From: Eledone cirrhosa
Lineage: Eukaryota
Assembly (NCBI GenBank): GCA_964016885.1
Contig: OZ024743.1
Location: 121,334,001-121,398,000 of the forward strand
Length of the DNA: 64,000 nt
Reading direction: 5' to 3'
The notes under the pieces were generated by a model. That model saw only the letters and a list, made by a program, of their open reading frames with translations. It made no database searches and was not told where the DNA came from. Position 1 is the first letter of the stretch. Every line of letters starts with the position of its first letter. The position numbers and the translations under genes were made by a program. This document shows, piece after piece, positions 53,490-64,000 of the stretch.

Positions 53490-55600
53490 ATACTTGGCAG
53501 GGAAACTGCAGTTGATGTTCAGGTTCGATGCATGCCTAGGGAAAGGATTAAAATAAGCTTTGGGAATTTGGGAGAGTATGTATTCCATTAAGGAACAAAT
53601 TATTAAGATTGGCTTTGGCGATGTCAAATTGGTTCAGGAGGTCGTGTTTTGCAACTTTTAATTCAGATAAACAAAGAGAATACAAAGCAAGTTTGTGATG
53701 CTGTTGTTGCAGTTGATTTTGTTCTTATGGTTTTTGTCTATCCCTATGTCATCTCTGATCGATCAGGCGTATGATTATGATCAGAGGTGTTGCTACTATG
53801 ATCATCCTCTCTTTGCAAACCTTATCTTGTGCTAAATTATCCAACACAACAATACACCCTTCATATTGTAAAGATACTATTGTGTGACTTGAGATAGATA
53901 TGACTAATTTCTAGCAAACTGAACTAACACATACAATATTTTTGCTGGCTCAATAGCTGATATTATTTTAGTGTATGAGGTTTTTCCAGCTGTCTGATTT
54001 TGTTTTTTCTGGATTCGAAAAAAATTATTTTACATATGTGCTAATGGGACTTTGTGTGCATTTTGGGGGATACATATGTGATCAGCGGAAAACGTAGTTC
54101 CAGATTAGCCTTGTCTGTGAATTAAGATTGTGAGAAGTAGCATTTATAGTGAATTTGAGTGTTTTAACGTTGCATAAAGCAATAGGGACTTGCAAGGTTT
54201 TGTCTTGATATGTATAATGATTGCTTCTTGTTGAAGTTTGAACATATTTTTATGGCAACAGTGCATACTGTATCTATGTTGGGTTTGGGTGACATTTGTG
54301 TGTAGAATGCTGTTAACAGTTAAGTAACAATGTTTCTAGTTGGAAACAAGAGCAAGAGGATTTTCAATGTATAGAATGGAAGAGAATAGAGATATTGTCA
54401 AAACCGAAGATACAACATAAGTGATAGAATATGTGTCGGAAAGAATCTTAACAATTCACAACATTGTAGCGGGCTGATACTACAACCTTCCGATCTAAGA
54501 ATTGAAAAGATGAATGAGTTCTTAAGAGTGAATCTTTTCTGGACATAATTAAAGACTTTCACCAAGGTTCTGATGGTTGAGAGATTCACTGCTGTCGGAT
54601 GTAGACTAGAACATCTTAGACAATATAGTTACGAGAAACTATAGAAATAGCCTCTGAGGCGTGAAAGTCACTGAAAGTAATAAACAGTTTCTAACATATT
54701 TAAAACAAATGCGGTTTCCACTCGGTAAAGAAATTATTTGAAGGTAATAGAAGGAACATTTGGGCGTGGTTATATTGTGAGATTTGTTTGAATGACTCGG
54801 TAGATTCAATATATACTCTTTGGGCCACAGTTATGTACTCCTTTTCGTACACAACTGTGCATTTGGTACATCGAAAGGTTTTCTGTGGCCTACTAAAGAA
54901 TCTGTCTTGATGTAGATTTTTATCCAATAGGCCATTTTGGCAATTATTCATATGTTCAACAATTTTGCTTACCTTAGCTATTATTGTATTCACCAAACCC
55001 TACCATTCCCAAAGATTGAGTATGCCTCCAAGCTCCTCTAAACATGGGTTGGCTTGTTTGTAAGGAAAAGAAGTCGGTGACATGATTAAGCTTGAAAGAA
55101 TGAAATAATACCACGTGTTGTTGCAATGTGTCTATATTGTATAAATATATATATATATATATATATATGCGTGTGTGTATTTTATGGGGGTGTATATGTT
55201 TAATGAGGCTTTTTTACATTTTGCGCACAAGGTATTTAGTGAATAATTCTTGCTCAGAGGTTGCAGGAATATAACCGTAAATGATATTATTTTAGTTTGG
55301 TATATTTTATCTCTAGGTTAACAACTCATATACAACCCCTCAGTGATGTAGTCTATTTCGTTTTGTTTAAATTGATGTATTGGAGAGGATTTTGTAATGT
55401 TTCTTGGGAGAGGTAAGTGTCAGTTATTATTTCATGTCCTTTCTCATGTTTATTGGCTATCCTAACAAAGTTATTTATTTTATGTTTGTAAACTTGAGCA
55501 AGATAGTTTCTGAGAGGTATTCTTTGCTGAAGTTGTTGCATAAAATTACAGTCTGCACTCCATATGATGTTATTATGTATTTACACATATACTCGCCTTC
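53490..55600 (-). mobile_element. Highly decayed Penelope-like reverse transcriptase remnant
   Basis: EGCSISPLQC (motif B-like) followed at Penelope-like short spacing by YLRF[fs]DNISILF (RFVDD-like). LFITFSDF upstream is motif A-like. Boundaries are uncertain. Confidence 0.45.
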
Positions 55601-56469
55601 CGTGGGTGGAAATATAATCTCTCTGCATTATCGTTAATGTTTCTTTGAGATTTATTGAAGTTATTCTTCGCAGTAATTTTAACCAATCACTAACAAAGTG
55701 ACGAAACGGTTTTGTTTAAGTCAAGACGAGTCCAACACTTTGCGAGTATATGATTTGCATGGGCCTTAATGTTGTAGGGTGTGTATTGATATACGGTGGA
55801 TCTTGGACATTTTAACGCTCTGAACACAACCGATTTCTTCTAGAGAAAGACAGAGAGAAAGAAAAGAAAATGGAAAGGAGTTATAAAGGAAGAATAGAAA
55901 TCAGTATTAAGTTGGTACTTTATTTATCGACAACGAATGGGGGAAAGACAAAGTTGAACCAGGAAGAATTTGAACACAGAGTGCATTCTACGTTCTTATG
56001 ACAGTACCAATTCATCACCTTATATGTGAGTGAGTTACTAACTGCATATATGTAGGTATATGTGGGGATATACTTAAACTCATGTCATAGGTGCGTATGT
56101 CATTTTAATACACTTGTGTGCATGACTGATTACTCTTCATTTATATGTATATATACACGCATGTAATAATGTGTTCATTCAAGGAATATCAAATAAAGAT
56201 GTTTTGAAAAATTTTACAAATCTTTACTCTGACACTAAACCAATCGTTTGGATTTGAAGGAATCGAATGAGTTTGCTTTGAAAGTCCATAGTGAAGATTT
56301 TAGTACTGTACGTTTCTTAATAGTACACCATAGGTGTTCTGTTTTTATTACAATTTTAGATGAGTTATTCACATCCACTGGGAAGCTGGTCTCTACAAAC
56401 CTGCATCACAATTGTTCCCGGTTTCTTGTTCTGCTTATGTATATAAATATGCATATATGTATATATATA

Positions 56470-56589
<120 letters not shown>

Positions 56590-56604
56590 GATATATATAT
56601 ATAT

Positions 56605-56755
<151 letters not shown>

Positions 56756-58057
56756 GAAGAGGTTATACAACAGTTAGTTCACCATACCGAGAACAATTGT
56801 TTCACCTTAGCGGATCCTCAGCTCCTATATATATATATATATGTGTGTATCCATGTTTGTGTGCATATATATTGGTAGGAAGACAGAATACGTCTGTCTA
56901 GAAGAAGGGTAACATTAAATTTAAAACCCACGTTGAAGGGACTCCTTAGTCATATTTACGGCAAAAGATCTGTTCGCTGGAACTCAGAAGTCCCTCTGGT
57001 TAATGTCAGGGTGTGCAATCAGTAAGTTGACTGGGGGGTGAAGATGCCCAAGCTGTTATTAAGATATTCTTCTAAGAAAGGGAAATTCTGAAATGAAACC
57101 TATAGTTTACAGAGTCCCCTTGCTTAAGACTGTCGCCAAAGCACTGAGAATAAGAGATTGATACTCATGTTGTATAGGTGTTCTCAATATGATCCAATGA
57201 TATACATTTTTGCGATCTTGTCGTGTACTTTTCGAGCACTATGTTGTTTTTCCGGCAAAAGGTAGTATTCTGAAATCTTGGCAGCACGTAAATAAAAAAT
57301 GTAGTATTATGAATTCTTGGGGTGTCACGTCAATGAAATACTACCACTTTGGTTGTTTTGCCACCTTGAAAGGTTCAGTATAAGCAGGGACAGATGCAGT
57401 TCTCAGGTATACTGGTATACTGGCTCTGTCCTAGACTGGAGAGTTGTTGGGGGTAGGTCCTTTGTCTTAACATGCTCGTGAATGTCTTTTACATGGGTAG
57501 AGAGAGATGATGATCGTGGAATTTTGAAGCGACTACCATCTAGCAAGATTATCAGATATGTATTATATATTATCTATGTATATTGGATGTAAGTGTACGT
57601 GTTTGTGTATCTAACTTTCACAATGAAGCATGATTTCCTCTTGTTTTCTTTCCATTTGGATCACGTTGTTTACACAACGATATATTGATGATGAATTGAT
57701 ATCTAAGCAATCCAGCATTACAGTTTTAACTGAAACATCTCAATTGAAACTTTTTCTGCATGTGCTATATCAATATAAATCACAGTTAAATGTTATGATT
57801 TATATGAGTTGGTACAGCAACATATTCAACTGTATATTTTTGAAAATCTGTTCTATACAAGTTGTTTATAATATTGTTTTCCTATGGGTAACTTAGGCTG
57901 AATTTAATGTTTCTCCTTCTTCTCATTTAGAGAGGGTGGGGGATAGAAGGATGAGGCACAGACGCAGAGTATATAAATGGGAACGAGAAAAACAGATAAA
58001 GAAAAAGTTTAACACTATTATTTATATGCAATATACAATTGTTCTTTGCTCAGAAAA

Positions 58058-58140
<83 letters not shown>

Positions 58141-58921
58141 ATACCCCTTGATACTCTTTCTTAATCCTCATGCTATTCAGTATACTACCATATTTTCGTT
58201 AGCTATGTTTGCTAAATAATCCCTACAAGGAAGATATGGAAAATGATGTATTTGTAGATACCCAGTTACAGAAGATGACTGGTTAACGCTGGCTAAATTC
58301 ATATGTCATCATTAGCATATGATCTACAATATGGTAAGATGGTTTATGAAACATTGCTGCTAGAATTATCAAAGATATTTACATTTAGTTAGAAGCGTTT
58401 TCAATATCGTTTCGGTTTTGTTGAGTAAAATGAATTTCATCATTATGATTTCAGTTGTATGCTCGCTATTTTTCAACCACTTTGGCTTTTTCTTTAAGGG
58501 ATTACTTATCTTATGTGTATGAGTGTAACGGGAGACTTATCATTCTAGGTAGTTATTGAAAAGAATATATAGATGAATGGCCTATATAGCAATTCATATG
58601 AAGTGTGTAATTTACATGTGGTGATTTGAATTTCTATACTACATTTGAATGACCAAAGTTGGAAATGAGAGGAGCAGGTGTGCATATTTTTGAAATGGAT
58701 GTTAACAAAAATTCTGTATTCCAATGAATATCTAATGAAATATTTTACATTGTTCCTTTTTAAGCCATACATATTGATTTTGGAACAGGTGAATTTGTCT
58801 TGCATTGTTAAGCAGTGTAATGCGCTATTGTCAGAGAGAAGGAAATCCCAATACATAAATTCAAAACGTCTTTATTCCCGTTTGCCTCTCTCCCTATCTC
58901 TCCCTCCCCGCTCTCTCTCTT

Positions 58922-58970
<49 letters not shown>

Positions 58971-58996
58971 ATGTATATATATTATATATTTATATA

Positions 58997-59069
<73 letters not shown>

Positions 59070-59089
59070 GTGTGTTTATGGTGAGGAGT

Positions 59090-60065
59090 CAAACAGGATA
59101 TTCGAAAATACAGATGGGCATATAAGATTCAACCTTGATATAAACTGGTATTCTGTACAAATACGGAGGTCACACCAGCCTGATGACCTCCGAGGTCCAG
59201 ACAGACTTTAGACTTTAGACATAAGATTCAGTGTAGTGATATCTAGATCCTTCCCCCATCTCGACTTCCGTCAGAACATTACACAAGGTGGCTAGGTCAA
59301 CACTGATTTCTACCTAACACTGGCCAACAGGGACTTATTCGTCCAGTCGAAATCTACCATCCCCCAAAAAGTCAAGAAAATTGCATACGAAATTAGATCC
59401 CTCGTATCCAAAACATGCAGTGACGACGTGAATCAGACCCCCTAAACCAGACAGTTCCGTACAGTGTTGGAAACTAATGGTTATCTGATACATTTTACCG
59501 GCCATCCTCAGGGCCCCAAGCCCAAGAAGTGGAATAGTTCCCCAAATACTTATTTCCTGAAATTGCCACACACCAACGCTACCTGCAAAGACATCCTTAG
59601 AGAAGGTTTCGTTATACAACTGACCCAGATAGCATCTTCCCTGCGGCGATGCTTATCCATGAGGCATCTCTATATCGATGATAATACATGCACTCTGGAC
59701 ACCTAACCCTTCTGAAACCTGCATGTATAGGGGATGTACAGTATACAGTAATGATTCCATCGCTACACATCCAGATAAAAATCATATCCTCTGAAAGACT
59801 TTATCGTTCCGGAAGTACATCACTAAATACGGTAATAAGGACAAGAGCATAGTGACCACAAACCGAAACGTATATAGTCTGCGGATCAAAGAAGCAGTCT
59901 TAATCAAACGGCGTAAACCCACCACCAAAAATAGATTAAAAAGGAATGACGCTCAATTGCTATTTTAAACGGATCACTACCAAAATTGAACAGCCCACTA
60001 ACACCACTACTGCAGCTACAACCAAAGCTGGCAATTGACGGATGATCTACTGCGGTCGTCAGCAT
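59090..60065 (+). mobile_element. Decayed Penelope-like element (RT thumb plus GIY-YIG C-terminus)
   Basis: SFPHLDF (LPFLD-like), VLETNGY, LRIKEAVLIKRRKPT. Confidence 0.65.
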
Positions 60066-60109
60066 ACATACATATATTCATACGACCGTACGTACATATA
60101 TACACAGGT

Positions 60110-60652
60110 GCCCGGTTCATCGCAAACGACGTAGGTGGATAATACTATCAACGCTCCGACATCCACTTCTCTCAAGGACATCAACATCATGCATCTGCCA
60201 CTTGATACCGAGCATCTTTCTGAGACACTGCTGGTGAAATCGTCCCAGTCTTTTGATATGCCGTTGTAGGCCGTCCATGTCTTTCATGCATACATCAATG
60301 CTGACAGTACACATGTGGTATACATTTTCAACTTGGTCTTCATTGTGATTCCTCGCCTGCACCACAGACGGTCGCTGAGCCTTCCAAATGAGTCACTTGC
60401 TTTGTTAATACGTAAACCAGCTTCTGCATCTACAAAACAGATCTGTCAGCGACCTGCATATTTTGACCGTATACATATATGAAAAGTCTATTGAAAACTT
60501 TATGCGGAGCATGTTGGTACATAACGACAGTCATCTTCAAACTGATTGTCAGTTCCGAAGCACTGCACACATTGGAAAAAGAATCCATGAGGTATTGCAT
60601 ATCACTCAGGGCGTGTGTAAAGAGATCATAATCATCTGCATACAGAAATTCA
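60110..60652 (-). mobile_element. RTE (BovB-like) LINE fragment
   Basis: EFLYADD...LTISLKMTVVMYQ, RHIKRLGRFHQQCLRKMLGIKWQ, RRLR. Confidence 0.85.
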
Positions 60653-60716
60653 TACATACATACATACATACATACATACATACATACATACATACATACA
60701 TACATACATACATACA

Positions 60717-61240
60717 TGGTGGCTGCCAACTCGTTTTCGAGTACGGCCACTACTTTATATCCATGTAGGAGAACCCCTACCGATGGGCTGAACGAGTGTG
60801 ACTTTTTAGACCGGCCAGCAACTTGAAAACTCTGGTAGAAACACTACACTTGTGACAATTATTGACACATAGTGCTGGGCCCATGGTACCATGTGACGAC
60901 AAGTGCTGAGAGATCTCCAGATATAAAGCAATGCCTGTGCCGTTAAGCTTTTATAGTGAGCAAAAGAAGAACAAGTCAACATCATTGGATACCATCAGGG
61001 TTGCAGGTGTTATATCAGAGTTTTCCTTATCCTAGAATTCTGCCTTGACAAAGGCTAAGGGGTCATCTCTCCCGGTGATTTTGGATGGCCATTGACACTT
61101 AAGAGCTCCTTTGCCCTTTGACAGGTTTTGTTTTTAGTCCTGCAGGATGTCCAAAGTCACCCTCCTCACCAAGAAACCTTGGTAGGGTTGCCAGTTTAGT
61201 CGCCAACGACCCGACCATAGAACAGGTTGTACTGGGATAC
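60717..61240 (-). mobile_element. RTE-derived retroposon, same family as 24732, flanked by (CATA)n on both sides
   Basis: Reverse complement of 24765-25343 with a ~50-bp internal deletion. Confidence 0.88.
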
Positions 61241-61430
61241 ATACATACATACATACATACATACATACATACATACATACATACATACATACATACATAC
61301 ATACATAAGTTTATGTGTCATTCACGGGAAAAGGAATTCGACACAGGGTGACTGTAACTACGAGGTTTCGCCGGCAACTGTTAGTCGTTGTTAGCGAAAC
61401 TTTAAAGTCATGCACACTCTGTATTAATCT

Positions 61431-61466
<36 letters not shown>

Positions 61467-62823
61467 CGCGTGTGCGTGTATGTGTGTGTGCGTACGTGCG
61501 AATGTGTTTGCGTGTGTGTGTGTGTGCGCGCGTGTGCGTGTATGTGTGTGTGCGTACGTGCGAATGTGTTTGCATGTGTGCGTAGGTGTGTATGTGTGTA
61601 TTTATTTATAATAGAAAATATGAACGATTAAATCAACCTTTCGGAAATACTTAGAAATAATCTAGCTATGTTTCAATGTTTCTTTAAATTCTAACTACTA
61701 AACATGTTCCACTTCCTTCGTCATCAGCAATAGCAAGCTTTTAAAATACTATCCGTGATCAAACGAGGAAATCTATAAGTATTATCTGAAAATTTGTTAA
61801 TGGAAGATATAAAGATGACTACTTGCTTGATGTGGCATTTACGACACTAGAGTTCAACTCTGTCGAATGTCTTAGGCTAAAATGTCTGGCGGGTAAATAC
61901 GAGATTCCTATAGCGACCAGTACACACAATATCTGATTCGTATTCCATTAACTGTCCGTAAAGAATTGATATCTTAATGTATTATGCAGGTAAATTTATA
62001 ACTGAAATCGTCAGTTGATTTTCTTTCCGATCGATAAGTTGCTATATAGAACCATCAGTTGTCGAAAGAAACATATTTTCATTCACTATTGAAGGACGCA
62101 TTGCTGCATAAGAAGTACTAAAACCTTACAATCAATTGTTTGGACTCTTATAGGTTTTCTTAGAAAATTTATTAAGCTGGCTATCTGTTTTTCTAGATAA
62201 AGTTATGGAATCTCGGCTGCTATTGAAAACACAGCTAAGTACATATTATTGTTCTATTTCTTTATTTACCGACATATCACTCTTTTCTTCTTTGCTTTCC
62301 CTGTTTCTATCCTTGTATTTATCTCTCCTGTCTCTCCTACTTCTATTTCTCCCGCCACTCCCTTACCCCATCCCTTTTTCTTTTTCATTGGCATCTGTAT
62401 ATTTCATTTAGATGAATTTCCATCCATTAGGTTGAGTAATCATCTTGATTTCAACTATTTTACATCGCTTATGTTGCATGAATGTCATACAACGTTATTT
62501 AGAACTTTCCCATATGTACTAAATATCACACATCCTTTTTGCCATCCCATCCAATCATGAGCTCTTGTGTATATTACCTACATATCTGTCTATTCGTTCG
62601 AAACACAACCAGGTTTTAAAGTTAGAGTAGGAACAACAAAACATAAAAGTGGTATCGGGACATATCCTAGATCATTTAAAATGTATTCTATATCTTCATT
62701 TCGTATTTGAAATCAACTCAACAAAAGAAGGAGTTTTAAATGAAGAGCACAAATTCTTATTTTCTATTTAAAGTTAAAACAATATAAGAAATTTTCCTCA
62801 GTAAGATCATGATACACATACAC

Positions 62824-62905
<82 letters not shown>

Positions 62906-63105
62906 TCAGGACCCAACGGCTGAGCTCTTGCCGTTTCAAAAGCTTAACCGTCGGGTTCCGCCTCTTTATAATATAACCATACTCTACTATCCCAAGATCG
63001 TGTACTATGTTGTTGAGTAATCGTCTAATTGGTTTCAAACTGAATCGATCCATATATATATAGGAAGAAATTGTAGTTTAATTAAACCATTAGGTATGGT
63101 ATATA

Positions 63106-63518
<413 letters not shown>

Positions 63519-63564
63519 TTTAAAATCAATAAATTTAAAAATATATATTATTTTTAACGTAAAA

Positions 63565-63925
63565 AGGTATTGGTTGAGCGTCGGCCAACACGCTTTTTAC
63601 CATATAGTTACGGCCCTTAATTGTCTGAGTACAAATCCTGTCGAGGTTAGCTGTGAATTTCATCCTTACGGGGTTGATAAAATAAAACACCTGTAACGTA
63701 CTTTTCCCTCTTCCAAAAGTGTTGATGTACCTAAATCAGAAACTATTTGGCAGTATCGGTAGCGGGTCGGACGCCATGCTTTCCAGCATAGTTATGTCCC
63801 TTTACGGTCTGAGTTCAAATCCCGTCGAGGTTAACTTTGCCTTTCATCCTTACGGGGTCGATAAAATAAAGTACCAGTAATGCACTGGGTTATTGCTGGC
63901 CTTGTGTCAAATGTAGAAACAATTA
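63565..63925 (+). mobile_element. Head-to-tail SINE pair (older copy, then younger copy)
   Basis: Two cores; flanked by attatttt(t/a)aacg at ~63548 and ~63922. Confidence 0.85.
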
Positions 63926-64000
63926 TTTTAAACGAAAAATGAACAGAAAATTAAATTATATAAAACATGTAAGCAGCGACCACAACACAAGGTTTCATTC

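Overview
Eukaryotic, AT-rich, repeat-saturated DNA with no host protein-coding gene that I can support. The SINE families and extreme microsatellite density suggest an octopus-like cephalopod genome; this is an inference. Most ORFs in the supplied track are translations of (TA)n, (CA)n, (GATA)n or (CATA)n. The real content is mobile DNA. (1) A ~15-kb array (36.7-52.0 kb) in which R4/Dong-like REL-endonuclease LINEs (always +) alternate with Tx1-like APE LINEs (always -), with (TAA)n tracts at the junctions. It includes a near-intact ~1216-codon R4-like element. (2) A second pile-up on (CATA)n/(TATG)n tracts (24.4-30.2 kb), made of an RTE-derived bipartite retroposon and a different R4-like family, with a nested Chapaev3-like transposon. 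(3) A ~6.45-kb inversion (30212-36660), revealed by reciprocal chimeric junctions between two R4-like families. (4) Tx1-like 3' ends in (GATA)n and (TAA)n. (5) Penelope-like remnants and several hammerhead-ribozyme motifs, one with a canonical core. (6) Many tRNA-derived SINEs, a near-perfect 11 x 46-bp minisatellite and several inverted repeats. All family assignments come from motif recognition by eye, not database searches.
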